DNA of 64,000 nucleotides from the human T2T-CHM13v2.0 reference genome, Homo sapiens: contig CP068257.2 in the NCBI GenBank assembly GCA_009914755.4, positions 10,848,001-10,912,000 on the forward strand. Reading direction: 5' to 3'. Within the stretch, counting starts at the first letter, position 1; the number at the start of each line of letters is the position of its first letter. Below, in pieces: positions 16,837-33,500 of this stretch. The translations under genes were made by a program, and so were the position numbers. The notes beneath the pieces were generated by a model. The model was not told the DNA's origin. It saw only the letters and a program-made list of their open reading frames with translations, and did no database searches.

Positions 16837-17003
16837 ATATAATATACTGTACATAAAATATGAAGGTACATCAAATATATATTATATGCTGCACATAAAA
16901 TATCAAAGTACCGAAAGTATGTATTATATACTGTACATAAAATATCAAAGTACCCAAAGTATATACTGTACATAAAATATAAAATACCCCAAATATATAT
17001 TAT

Positions 17004-18940
17004 ATGCTGTACATAAAATATCAAACTACACAAAATATTTATTATATACTGTACATAAAATACCAAAGGACCCAAAATATATATTATATACTGTACATAA
17101 AATATCAAAATACCCAAAATATATATTATATACCGTACATAATATACCAAAGTACCCAAAGTATATATTATATACTGTACAAAAAATATCAAATTAGCCA
17201 AAATATGTATTATACACTGTACATAATATATGAAAGTACCCAAACATTTATAATAAACTGTACATAAAATATCAATGTACTCGAACTATATATTATGTGC
17301 GGTACATAAGATATCAAAGTACCCATACTCTATAGTATATACTGTACTTAAAATATCAAAATACCCAAAATATATATTATATACATTACATAAACTATCA
17401 AATACACAAAGTATGTATTATATACTGTACATAAAATAGCAAAGTTCCCAAACTATGTATTATATACTGTACATAAAATATGAAAGTACCCAACCATTTA
17501 TAATAAACGCTATATAAAATACCAAAGTACCCAAACTGTGTATTATATACTGTCCATAAATTATCAAAGTACCCAAAATATATATTGTAAACTGTACATA
17601 AAATACCAACGTAGCCAAAATGTATATTGTATACTGTACATAAAATATAAACGTACCCCAAATATATATTATATACTGTACATAAAATATCAAAGTACCC
17701 ATAATACATATTATATACTGTACATAAAATATCAAAGGACCCAAAATAAACATTATATACTGTACATAAAATATCCAAATACTCAAAATATATATTACAT
17801 ACTGTACATAAAATATCAAAGTACCCAAAGTATGTATTATATACTGTACATAAAATATCAAAGTACCCAAAGTATATATTATATACTGTACATAAAATAT
17901 AAAATACCCCAAATATATATTATATGCTGTACATAAAATATCAAAGTACACAAAATATGTATTATGTACTGTACATACAATATCAAAGGACCCAAAATAT
18001 ATATTATATACTGTACATAAAATATCAAAATATCCAAAATATATATTATATACTGTACATAAAATACCAAAGTACCCAAAGTATATATTATATACCGTAC
18101 AAAAAATATCAAAGTAGCCAAAATATGTATTATACACTGTACATAATATATGAAAGTACCCAAACATTTATAATAAACTGTATATAAAATATCAATGTAC
18201 TCAAACTATATATTATGTGTGGTACATAAGATATCAAAGTACCCATACTATATAGTATATACTGTACTTAAAATATCAAAATACCCAAAATATATATTAT
18301 ATACGTTACATAAACTATCAAATACACAAAGTATGTATTATATACTGTACATAAAATAGCAAAGTTCCCAAACTATGTATTATATACTGTACATAAAATA
18401 TGAAAGTACCCAACCATTTATAATAAACTCTACATAAAATACCAAAGTACCCAAACTGTGTATTATATACTGTCCATAAAATATCAAAGTACCCAAAATA
18501 TATATTGTAAACTGTACATAAAATACCAAATTACCCAAACTGTGTATTATATACTGTCCATAAAATATCAAAGTACACAAAATATATATTGTAAACTGTA
18601 CATAAAATATCAATGTAGCCAAAATATATATTGTATACTGTACATAAAATATAAAAGTACCCCAAATATGTATTATATACTGTACATAAAATATCAAAGT
18701 ACCGATAATACATATTATATACTGTACATAAAATATCAAAGGACCCAAAATAAACATTATATACTGTACATAAAATATCCAAATACTCAAAATATATATT
18801 ACATACTGTACAAAAAATATCAAAGTACCCAAATTATGTATTATATACTGTACATAAAATATCAGAGTACCCAAAATATGCATTATATACTGTACATAAA
18901 ATATGAAAGTAACAAAACCTTTATAATAAACTGTACATAA
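17004..18940 (+). repeat. Local partial duplication. The higher-order-repeat core block occurs twice, 920 bp apart.
   Basis: The core landmark ORF MLYIKYQ..., 87 aa, starts at 17004 and at 17924. Both copies are followed 534 bp later by the MYYILSI... landmark at 17538 and 18458. One 235-aa minus-strand ORF at 17460-18167 spans the join. Confidence 0.6.
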
Positions 18941-21900
18941 AATATCAAAGTACTCAAACTATATATCATATACTGTACATAAAATATCAAAGTACCCAAA
19001 CTGTGTATTATTATATACTGTATATAAAATATCAAAGTACCTGAAATATATATTGTATACTCTACATAAAGTATCAAAGTACCCAAAATATATACTATAT
19101 ACTGTACATAAAATATGAAGGTACATCAAATGTATATTATATCCTGTACGTAAAATATCAAAGTACACGTATTATATATTGTGTACTGTACATAATATAT
19201 TAAATCGACCAAATATATATTGTATACTGTATATAAAATATGAAGGTACTTCAAATATATATTATATGCTGCACATAAAATATCAAAGTACCTAAAGTAT
19301 GCATTACATACTGTACATAAAATATCAAAGTATCCAAAGTGTATATTATATACTGTACATAAAATATGAAGGTTCATCAAATATATATTATATTCTGTAC
19401 ATAATATATCAAAGTACATCAAATATATATTATATACTGTACATAAAATATCAAAGTACCCAAAATATGTATTATTTACTGTACATAAAATATGAAAGTA
19501 ACCAAACATTTATAATAAACTGTACATAAAATATCAAAGTACTCAATCTACGTATTATATACAGTATATAAAATATCAAATTACACAAACTGTATATTAT
19601 ATACTGTACATAATATATCAAAGTACCCAGAATATATAGCATACTGTACATAAAATATCAAAGTACCCAAAATATATATTGTATACTGTACATAAAATAT
19701 GAAGGCACATCAAAGATATATTATATTCTGTACATAAAATGTCAAAGTACACCAAATATATATTATATGCTGTACATAATATATTAAAGTTGCCCATATA
19801 TACATTATATACTGTACATAAAATATGAACATACATCAAATATACAGTATATGCTGCACATAAAATATCAAAGTACCCAAAGTATGTATTATACACTGTA
19901 CATAAAATATCAAAGTACCAAAAGTATATATTACATACTGTAAATAAAATATGAAGGTACCTCAAATATATATATTATTCTGTACATAAAATATCAAAGT
20001 ACACCAAGTATATACTATATACTCTGCAACAAATATTAAATTACCCAAAATATGTACTGTATTGTGTACATAAAATATGAAAGTAACCAAACATTTATAA
20101 TAAACTGTACATAAAATATCAAAGTACTCAAACTGTATATTATATACTGTACATAAAGTATCAAAGTACCCAAACTGTGTAGTATATACTGTACATAAAA
20201 TATCAAGGTACCCAAAATATATATTGTAAACTGTAGATAAATTATCAAAGTACCCAAAATATATATTATATACTGTACATAAAATATGAAGGCACATCCA
20301 ATATATATTATATTCTGTACATAAAATATCAAAGTACACCAAATGTATATTATATACTGTACATAAAATATCAAAGTACCCAAAGTGTTTATTATATACT
20401 GTACATAAAATATGAAGGTACATCAAAGATATATTATATTCTGTACATAAAATATCAAAGTACACCAAGTATATATTATATGCTGTACATAATATATTAA
20501 AGTCGACCAAATATATATTACATACTGTACATAAAATATGAAGGTACATCAAATATATATTATATGCTGCACATAAAATATCAAAGTACCCAAAGTATGT
20601 ATTATATACTCTACATAAAATATCAAAGTACCCAAAGTATATATTATATACTGTACATAAAATATAAAATACCCCAAATATATATTTTATGCTGTACATA
20701 AAATATCAAAGTACACAAAATATGTATTATATACTGTGCATAAAATATCAAAGGACCCAAAATATATATTATATACTGTACATAAAATATCAAAATACCC
20801 AAAATATATATTATATACTGTACAGAAAATACCAAAGTACCCAAAGTATATATTATATACCGTACAAAAAATATCAAAGTAGCCAAAATATGTATTATAC
20901 ACTGTACATAATATATGAAAGTACCCAAACATTTATAATAAACTGTACATAAAATATCAATGTACTCAAACTATATATTATGTGCGGTACATAAGATATC
21001 AAAGTACCCATACTATATAGTATGTACTGTACTTAAAATATCAAGATACCCAAAATATATATTATATACGTTACATAAACTATCAAATACACAAAGTATG
21101 TATTATATACTGTACATAAAATAGCAAAGTTCCCAAAATATGTATTATATACTGTACATAAAATATGAAAGTACCCAAACATTTATAATAAACTCTACAT
21201 AAAATACCAAAGTACCCAAACTGTGTATTATATACTGTCCATAAATTATCAAAGTACCCAAAATATATATTGTAAACTGTACATAAAATATCAAAGTAGC
21301 CAAAATGTATATTGTATACTGTACATAAAATATAAACGTACCCCAAATATATATTATGTACTGCACATAAAATATCAAAGTACCCATAATACATATTATA
21401 TACTGTACATAAAATATCAAAGGACCCAAAATAAACATTATATACTGTACATAAAATATCCAAATACTCAAAATATATATTACATACTGTACATAAAATA
21501 TCAAAGTACCCAAATTATGTATTATATACTGTACGTAAAATATCACAGTACCCAAAATATGCATTGTATACTGTACATAAAATATGAAAGTAGCAAAACA
21601 TTTATAATAAACTTTACATAAAATATCAAAGTACTAAAACTATATATCATATACTGTACCTAAAATATCAAATTACCCAAACTGTATATTATTATATACT
21701 GTCCATAAAATAACAAAGTACCTGAAATATATATTGTATACTGTACATAAAATATCAAAGTACCCAAAATATATACTATATACTGTACATAAAATATGAA
21801 GTTACATCAAATATATATTATATCCTGTACATAAAATATCAAAGTACACCTATTATATATTGTGTACTGTACATAATATATTAAATCCCCCAAATATATA

Positions 21901-24900
21901 TTGTATACTGTATATAAAATATGAAGGTACTTCAAATATATATTATATGCTGCACATAAAATATCAAAGTACCCAAAGTATGCATTACATACTGTACATA
22001 AAATATCAAAGTACACAAATTATATATTATATACTGTACATAAAATATGAAGGTTCATAAAATATATTTTATATTCTGTACATAATATATCAAAGTACAT
22101 CAAATATATATTATATACGGTACATAAAATATCAAAGTACCCAAAATATGTATTATTTACTGTACATAAAATATGAAAGTAACCAAACATTTATAATAAA
22201 CTGTACATGAAATATCAAAGTACTCAATCTACATATTATATACAGTATATAAAATATCAAAGTACACAAACTGTATATTATATACTGTACATAATATATC
22301 AAAGTACCCAGAATATATAGCATACTGTACATAAAATATCAAAGTACCCAAAATGTATATTGTGTACTGTACATAAAATATAAAGGTACATCAAAGATAT
22401 ATTATATTCTGTACATAAAATATCAAATTACACCAAGTATATATTATATGCTGTACATAATATATTAAAGTTGCCCATATATACATTATACACTTTACAT
22501 AAAATATGAACGTACATCAAATATATAGTATATGCTGCACATAAAATATCAAAGTACCCAAAGTATGTATTATACACTGTACATAAAATATCAAAGTACC
22601 AAAAGTATATATTGCATACTGTAAATAAAATATGAAGGTAACTGAAATATATATTATATTCTGTACATAAAATATAAAAGTACACCAAGTATAAACTACA
22701 TACTCTGCATAAAATATTAAATTACCCAAAATATGTATTGTATTGTGTACATAAAATATGAAAGTAACCAAACATTTATAATAAACTGTACATAAAATAT
22801 CAAAGTACTCAAACTGTATATTATATACTGTACATAAAGTATCAAAATACCCAAACTGTGTAGTATATACTGTACATAAAATATCAAGGTACCCAAAATA
22901 TATATTGTAAACTGTAGATACAATATCAAAGTACCCAAAATATATATTATATACTGTACATAAAATATGAAGGCACATCCAATATATATTATATTCTGTA
23001 CATAAAATATCAAAGTACACCAAATGTATATTATATACTGTACATAAAATATAAAAGTACCCCGAATATATATTATATACTCTACATAAAATATCAAAGT
23101 ACCCAAAATAGATATTATATACTGTACATAAAATATCAAAGTACCCATAGTATGTATTATATCCTGTACATAAAATATGAAGGTACATCAAATATATATT
23201 CTATTCTGCACATAAAATATCATATTACACCAAATATATATTGTATACTGTATATAAAATATGAAGGTACTTCAAATACATATTATATGCTGCACATAAA
23301 ATATCAAAGTACCGAAAGTGTGCATTATATGCTGTACATAAAATATCAAAGTACCCAAAGTGTATATTATATACTGTACATAAAATGTGAAGGTTCATCA
23401 AATATATTTTATATTCTGCACATAATATATCAAAGTACATCAAATATATATTATATACTGTACATAAAATATTAAAGTACCAAAAATATGTATTATATAC
23501 TGTACATAAAATATGAAAGTAACCAAACATTTATAATAAACTGTACATAAAGTATCAAAGTACTCAAACTACATATTATATACAGTATATAAAATATCAA
23601 AGTACCCAAACTGTATATTATATACTGTACATAATATATCAAAGTACCCAAATATATAGCATACTGTACATAAAATATTAAAGTACCCAAAATATATATT
23701 GTATACTGTACATAAAATATGAAGGTACATCAAAGATATATTATATCCTGTACATAAAATATCAAAGTACACCAAATATATATTATATGCTGTACATAAT
23801 ATATTAAAGTCGAACAAATATATATTATATACTGTACATAAAATATGAAGGTACATCAAATATATATTATATGCTGCACATAAAATATCAAAGTACCCAA
23901 AGTATGTATTATATACTGTACATAAAATATCAAAGTACCCAAAGTATATATTATATACCGTATATAAAATATAAAATACCCCAAATATATATTATATGCT
24001 GTACATAAAATATCAAAGTACACAAAATATTTATTATACACTGTACATAAAATATCAACGGACCCAAAATATATATTATATACTGTACATAAAATATCAA
24101 AATATCCAAAATATATATTATATACTGTACATAAAATACCAAAGTACCCAAAGTATATATTATATACCGTACAAAAAATATCAAAGTAGCCAAAATATGT
24201 ATTATACACTGTACATAATATATGAAAGTACCCAAACATTTATAATAAACTGTACATAAAATATCAATGTACTCAAACTATATATTATGTGCGGTACATA
24301 AGATATCAAAGTACCCATACTATATAGTATATACTGTACTTAAAATATCAAAATACCCAAAATATATATTATATACGTTACATAAACTATCAAATACACA
24401 AAGTATGTATTATATACTGTACATAAAATAGCAAAGTTCCCAAAATATGTATTATATACTGTACATAAAATATGAAAGTACCCAACCATTTATAATAAAC
24501 TCTACATAAAATACCAAAGTACCCAAACTGTGTATTATATACTGTCCATAAAATATCAAAGTACCCAAAATATATATTGTAAACTGCACATAAAATATCA
24601 AAGTAGCCAAAATATATATTGTATACTGTACATAAAATATAAACGTACCCCAAATATGTATTATATACTGTACATAAAATATCAAAGTACCGATAATACA
24701 TATTATATGCTGTACATAAAATATCAAAGGACCCAAAATAAACATTATATACTGTACATAAAATATCCAAATACTCAAAATATATATTACATACTGTACA
24801 TAAAATATCAAAGTACCCAAATTATGTATTATATACTGTACGTAAAATATCAGAGTACCCAAAATATGCATTATATACTGTACATAAAATATGAAAGTAA

Positions 24901-25322
24901 CAAAACATTTATAATAAACTGTACATAAAATATCAAAGTACTCAAACTATATATCATATACTGTACATAAAATATCAAAGTACCCAAACTGTGTATTATT
25001 GTATACTGTATATAAAATATCAAAGTACCTGAAATATATATTGTATACTGTACATAAAGTATCAAAGTACCCAAAACATATACTCTATACTGTACATAAA
25101 ATATGAAGGTACATCAAATATATCTTATATCCTGTACATAAAATATCAAAGTACACCTATTATATATTGTGTACTGTACATAATATATTAAATCACCCAA
25201 ATATATATTGTACACTGTATATAAAATATGAAGGTACTTCAAATGTATATTATATGCTGCACATAAAATATCAAAGTACCCAAAGTATGCATTACATACT
25301 GTAAATAAAATATGAAGGTACC

Positions 25323-28300
25323 TCAAATATATATTATATTCTGTACATAAAATATCAAAGTACACCAAGTATATACTATATACTCTGCATAAAATATTAA
25401 ATTACCCACAATATGTATTGTATTGTGTACATAAAATGTGAAAGTAACCAAACATTTATAATAAACTGTACATAAAATATCAAAGTACTCAAACTGTATA
25501 TTATATACTGTACATAAAGTATCAAAGTACCCAAACTGTGTAGTATATACTGTACATAAAATGTCAAGGTACGCAAAATATATATTGTAAACTGTAGATA
25601 AAATATCAAAGTACCCAAAATATATATTATATACTGTACATAAAATATGAAGGCACATCCAATATATATTATATTCTGTACATAAAATATCAAAGTACAC
25701 CAAATGTATATTATACACTGTACATAAAATATCAAAGTACCCAACGTGTATATTATATACTGTACACAAAATATGAAGGTTCATCAAATATATTTTATAT
25801 TCTGCACATAATATATCAAAGTACATCAAATATATATCATATACTGTACATAAAATATCAAAGTACCAAAAATATGTATTATATACTGTACATAAAATAT
25901 GAAAGTAACCAAACATATATAATAAACTGTACATAAAATATCAAAGTACTCGAACTACATATTATATACAGTATATAAAATGTCAAAGTACCCAAACTCT
26001 ATATTATATACTGTACATAATATATCAAAGTACCCGAATATATAGCATACTGTACATAAAATATCAAATTACCCAAAGTGTGTATTATACACTGCACATA
26101 AAATATGAAGGTACATAAAATATATATTGTATTCTGTACATAAAATATCAAAGTACTCCAAATATATATTACATGCTGTACATAATATATTAAAGTTGCC
26201 CAAATATATATTATATACTGTACATAAAATATGAAGGTACATCAAATATATAGTATATGCTGCACATAAAATATCAAAGTACCCAAAGTATGTATTATAT
26301 ACTGTACATAAAATATCAAAGTACCCAAAGTATATATTATATACTGTACATAAAATATAAAATACCCCAAATATACATTATATGCTGTACATAAAATATC
26401 AAAGTACACAAAATATGTATTATGTACTGTGCATAAAATATCAAAGGACCCAAAATATATATTATATACTGTAGATAAAATATCAAAATACCCAAAATAT
26501 ATATTATATACCCTACATAAAATACCAAAGTACAGAAAGTATATATTATATACCGTACAAAAAATATCAAAGTAGCCAAAATATGTATTATACACTGTAC
26601 ATAATATATGAAAGTACCCAAACATTTATAATAAACTGTACATAAAATATCAATGTACTCAAACTATATATTATGTTCGGTACATAAGATATCAAAGTAC
26701 CCATACTATATAGTATGTACTGTACTTAAAATATCAAAATACCCAAAATATATATTATATACGTTACATAAACTATCAAATACACAAAGTATGTATTATA
26801 TACTGTACATAAAATAGCAAAGTTCCCAAAATATGTATTATATACTGTACATAAAATATGAAAGTACCCAACCATTTATAATAAACTCTACATAAAATAC
26901 CAAAGTACCCAAACTGTGTATTATATACTGTCCATAAAATATCAAAGTACACAAAATATATATTGTCAACTGTACATAAAATATCAAAGTAGCCAAAATA
27001 TATATAGTATACCGTACATAAAATATAAAATTACCCCAAATATATATTATATACTGTACATAAAATATCAAAGTACCGATAATACATATTATATACTGTA
27101 CATAAAATATCAAAGGACCCAAAATAAACATTATATACTGTACATAAAATATTCAAATACTCAAAATATATATTACATACTGTACATAAAATATCACACT
27201 ACCCAAATTATGTATTATATACTGTACGTAAAATATCAGAGTACCCAAAATATGCATTATATACTGCACATAAAATATGAAAGTAACAAAACATTTATAA
27301 TAAACTCTACATAAAATATCAAAGTACTCAAACTATATATCATATACTGTACATAAAATGTCAAAGTACCCAAACTGTGTATTATTATATACTGTATATA
27401 AAATATCAAAATACCTGAAATATATATTGCATACTGTACATAAAATATCAAAGTACCCAAAATATATACTATATACTGTACATAAAATATGAAGGTACAT
27501 CAAATATATATTATATCCTGTACATAAAATATCAAACTACACCTATTAGATATTGTGTACTGTACATAATATATTAAATCCCCCAAATATATATTGTATA
27601 CTGTATATAAAATATGAAGGTACTTCAAATTCATATTACATGCTGCACATAAAATATCAAACTACCCAAGGTATGCATTATATACTGTACATAAAATATC
27701 AAAGTACACAAATTATATATTATATACTGTACATAAAATATGAAGGTTCATCAAATATATTTTATATTCTGTACATAATATATCAAAGTACATCAAATAT
27801 ATATTATATACGGTACATAAAATATCAAAGTACCAAAAATATGTATTATATACTGTACATAAAATATGAAAGTAACCAAACATTCATAATAAATTGTACA
27901 TAAAATATCAAAGTACTCAAACTACATATTATATACAGTATATAAAATATCAAAGTACACAAACTGTATATTATATACTGTACATAATATATCAAAGTAC
28001 CCGAATATATAGCATACTGTACATAAAATATCAAAGTACCCAAAATATATATTGTATACTGTACATAAAATATGAAGGTACATCGAAGATATATTATATT
28101 GTGTACATAAAATATCAAAGTACACCAAATATATATTATATGCTGTACATAATATATTAAAGTTGCCCAAATATATATTATATACTGTACATAAAATATG
28201 AAGGCACATCAAATATATAGTATATGCTGCACATAAAATATCAAAGTACCCAAAGTATGTAATATATACTGTACATAACATATCAAAGTACCAAAAGTAT

Positions 28301-29218
28301 ATATTACCTACTGTAAATAAAATATGAAGGTACCAGAAATATACATTATATTCTGTACATAAAATATCAAAGTACACCAAATATATACTATATACTGTAC
28401 ATACAATATTAAATTACCCACAATATGTATTGTATTGTGTACATAAAATATGAAAGTAACCAAACATTTATAATAAACTGTACATAAAATATCAAAGTAC
28501 TCAAACTGTATATTATATACTGTACATAAAGTATCAAAGTACCCAAACTGTGTAGTATACACTGTACATAAAATATCAAGGTACCCAAAATATATATTGT
28601 AAACTGTAGATACGATATCAAATTACCCAAAATATATATTATATACTGTACATAAAATATGAAGGCACATCCAGTATATATTATATTCTGTGCATAAAAT
28701 ATCAAAGTACACCAAATGTATATTATATACTGTACATAAAATATAAAAGTACCCCAAGTATATATTATATACTCTATATAAAATATGAAAGTACCCAAAA
28801 TATATATTATATACTGTACATAAAATATCAAAGTACCCATAGTATGTATTATATCCTGTACATAAAATATGAAGGTACATCAAATATATATTATATTCTG
28901 CACATAAAATATCATATTACACCAAATATATATTATATACTGTACATAAAATATGAAGGTACATCAAATGTATATTATATGCTGCACATAAAATATCAAA
29001 GTCCCCAAAGTTTGTATTATATACTGTACATAAAATATCAAAGTATCCAAAGTGTATATTATATACTGTACATAAAATATGAAGGTACATCCGATACATA
29101 TTATATTCTGTACATAAAATATCAAAGTACACCAAGTATATATTATATACTGTACATAAAATATTAAATTACCCGAAATATGTATTGTATACTGTACATA
29201 AAATATGAAAGTAACCAA
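25323..29218 (+). repeat. ~3.9-kb segment with a near-identical copy 25,779-25,780 bp downstream, at 51102-54998
   Basis: ORF landmarks match: 25323-25934 with 51102-51713 (203 aa, 2 aa differences), 26337 with 52116, 27553 with 53332, 28409-28840 with 54189-54620, and 28844 with 54624. The similarity ends after about 29.2 kb / 55.0 kb. Confidence 0.75.
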
Positions 29219-30563
29219 ACATTTATAATAAACTGTACATAAAATATCAAAGTACTCAAACTACATATTATATACAGTATATAAAATATCAAAGTACCCA
29301 AACTGTATATTATATACTGTACATACTATATCAAAGTACCCGAATATATAGCATACTGTACATAAAATATCAAAGTACCCAAAATATATATTGTACACTG
29401 CACATAAAATATGAAGCTACATCAAAGATATATTATATTCTGTACATAAAATATCAAAGTACACCAAATATATATTATATGCTGTACATAATATATTAAA
29501 GTCGACCAAATATATATTACATACTGTACAAAAAATATGAAGGTACATCAAATATATATTATATGCTGCACATAAAATATCAAAGTACCCAAAGTATGTA
29601 TTATATACTGTACATAAAATATCAAAATACCCAAAGTATATATTATATACTATACATACAATATAAAATACCCCAAATATATATTATATGCTGTACATAA
29701 AATATCAAAGTACACAAAATATGTATTATGTACTGTACATAAAATATCAAAGGACCGAAAATATATATTATATACTGTACATAAAATATCAAAATACCCA
29801 AAATATATACTATATACTGTACATAAAATACCAAAGTACCCAAAGTATATATTATATACCGTACAAAAAATATCAAAGTAGCCAAAGTATGTATTATACA
29901 CTGTACATAATATATGAAAGTACCCAAACATTTATAATAAACTGTACATAAAATATCAATGTACTCAAACTATATATTATGTTCGGTACATAACATATCA
30001 AAGTACCCATACTATATAGTATATACTGTACTTAAAATATCAAAATACCCAAAATATATATTATATACGTTACATAAATTATCCAATACCCAAAGTATGT
30101 ATTATATACTGTACTTAAAATAGCAAAGTTCCCAAAATATGTATTATATACTGTACATAACAAATGAAAGTACCCAACCATTTATAGTAAACTCTACATA
30201 AAATACCAAAGTACCCAAACTGTGTATTATATACTGTCCATAAATTATCAAAGTACCCAAAATATATATTGTAAACTGTACATAAAATATCAAAGTAGCC
30301 AAAATGTATATTGTATACTGTACATAAAATATAAACGTACCCCAAATATATATTATATACTGTACACAAAATATCAAAGTACCCATAATACATATTATAT
30401 ACTGTACATAAAATATCAAAGGACCCAAAATAAACATTATATACTGTACATAAAATATCCAAATACTCAAAATATATATTACATACTGTACATAAAATAT
30501 CAAAGTACCCAAATTATGTATTATATACTGTACGTAAAATATCAGAGTACCCAAAATATGCAT
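25880..30563 (+). repeat. Copy 1 of a tandemly duplicated 4,684-bp higher-order repeat unit
   Basis: Verified exact 4684-bp offset. tatagcatactg occurs at 26041 and 30725. aataaactg occurs at 25921 and 30605. ORF landmarks shift the same way: 26337 to 31021, 26916 to 31600, 27553 to 32237, 28844 to 33528 and 29643 to 34327. The junction monomer gaaagtaaccaaacatttataataaactg flanks both copies. Confidence 0.85.
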
Positions 30564-33500
30564 TATATACTGTACATAAAATATGAAAGTAACCAAACAT
30601 TTATAATAAACTGTACATAAAATATCAAAGTACTCGAACTACATATTATATACAGTATATAAAATGTCAAAGTACCCAAACTCTATATTATATACTGTAC
30701 ATAATATATCAAAGTACCCGAATATATAGCATACTGTACATAAAATATCAAAGTACCCAAAGTGTGTATTATACACTGCACATAAAATATGAAGGTACAT
30801 AAAATATATATTCTATTCTGTACATAGAATATCAAAGTACTCCAAATATATATTATATGCTGTACATAATATATTAAAGTTGCCCAAATATATATTATAT
30901 ACTGTACATAAAATATGAAGGTACATCAAATATATAGTATATGCTGCACATAAAATATCAAAGTACCCAAAGTATGTATTATATACTGTACATAAAATAT
31001 CAAAGTACCCAAAGTATATATTATATACTGTACATAAAATATAAAATACCCCAAATATATATTATATGCTGTACATAAAATATCAAAGTACACAAAATAT
31101 GTATTATGTACTGTGCATACAATATCAAAGGACCCAAAATATATATTATATACTGTACATAAAATATCAAAATACCCAAAATATATATTATATACCCTAC
31201 ATAAAATACCAAAGTACCCAAAGTATATATTATATACCGTACAAAAAATATCAAAGTAGCCAAAATATGTATTGTACACTGTACATAATATATGAAAGTA
31301 CCCAAACATTTATAATAAACTGTACATAAAATATCAATGTACTCAAACTATATATTATGTTCGGTACATAAGATATCAAAGTACCCATACTATATAGTAT
31401 GTACTGTACTTAAAATATCAAAATACCCAAAATATATATTATATACGTTACATAAACTATCAAATACACAAAGTATGTATTATATACTGTACATAAAATA
31501 GCAAAGTTCCCAAAATATGTATTATATACTGTACATAACATATGAAAGTACCCAACCATTTATAGTAAACTCTACATAAAATAACAAAGTACCCAAACTG
31601 TGTATTATATACTGTCCATAAATTATCAAAGTACCCAAAATATATATTGTAAACTGTACATAAAATATCAAAGTAGCCAAAATGTATATTGTATACTGTA
31701 CATAAAATATAAACGTACCCCAAATATATATTATATACTGTACATAAAATATCAAAGTACCCATAATACATATTATATACTGTACATAAAATATCAAAGG
31801 ACCCAAAATAAACATTATATACTGTACATAAAATATCCAAATACTCAAAATGTATATTACATACTGTACATAAAATATCAAAGTACCCAAATTATGTATT
31901 ATATACTGTAAGTAAAATATCAGAGTACCCAAAATATGCATTATATACTGTACATAAAATATGAAAGTAACAAAACCTTTATAATAAACTCTACATAAAA
32001 TATCAAAGTACTCAAACTATATATCATATACTGTACATAAAATATCAAAGTACCCAAACTGTGTATTATTATATACTGTATATAAAATATCACAGTACCT
32101 GAAATATATATTGCATACTGTACATGAAATATCAAAGTACCCAAAATATATACTCTATACTGTACATAAAATATGAAGGTACATCAAATATATATTATAT
32201 CCTTTACATAAAATATCAAACTACACCTATTGGATATTGTGTACTGTACATAATATATTAAATCCCCCAAATATATATTGTATACTGTATACAAAATATG
32301 AAGGTACTTCAAATTCATATTACATGCTGCACATAAAATATCAAACTACCCAAGGTATGCATTATATACTGTACATAAAATATCAAAGTACACAAATTAT
32401 ATATTATATACTGTACATAAAATATGAAGGTTCATCAAATATATTTTATATTCTGTACATAATATATCAAAGTACATCAAATATATATTATATACGGTAC
32501 ATAAAATATCAAAGTACCAAAAATATGTATTATATACTGTACATAAAATATGAAAGTAACCAAACATTTATAATAAATTGTACATAAAATATCAAAGTAC
32601 TCAAACTACATATTATATACAGTATATAAAATATCAAAGTACCCAAAGTGTATATTATATACTGTACATAATATATCAAAGTACCCGAATATATAGCATA
32701 CTGTACATAAAATATCAAAGTACCCAAAATATATATTGTATACTGTACATAAAATATGAAGGTACATCGAAGATATATTATATTGTGTACATAAAATATC
32801 AAAGTACACCAAATATATATTATATGCTGTACATAATATATTAAAGTTGCCCAAATATATATTATATACTGTACATAAAATATGAAGGCACATCAAATAT
32901 ATAGTATATGCTGCACATAAAATATCAAAGTACCCAAAGTATGTAATATATACTGTACATAACATATCAAAGTACCAAAAGTATATATTACATACTGTAA
33001 ATAAAATATGAAGGTACCTCAAATATACATTATATTCTGTACATAAAATATCAAAGAACACCAAATATATACTATATACTGTACATACAATATTAAATTA
33101 CCCACAATATTTATTGTATTGTGTACATAAAATATGAAAGTAACCAAACATTTATAATAAACTGTACATAAAATATCAAAGTACTCAAACTGTATATTAT
33201 ATACTGTACATAAAGTATCAAAGTACCCAAACTGTGTAGTATACACTGTACATAAAATATCAAGGTACCCAAAATATATATTGTAAACTGTAGATACGAT
33301 ATCAAATTACCCAAAATATATATTATATACTGTACATAAAATATGAAGGCACATCCAGTATATATTATATTCTGTACATAAAATATCAAAGTACACCAAA
33401 TGTATATTATATACTGTACATAAAATATAAAAGTACCCCAAGTATATATTATATACTCTACATAAAATATGAAAGTACCCAAAATATATATTATATACTG

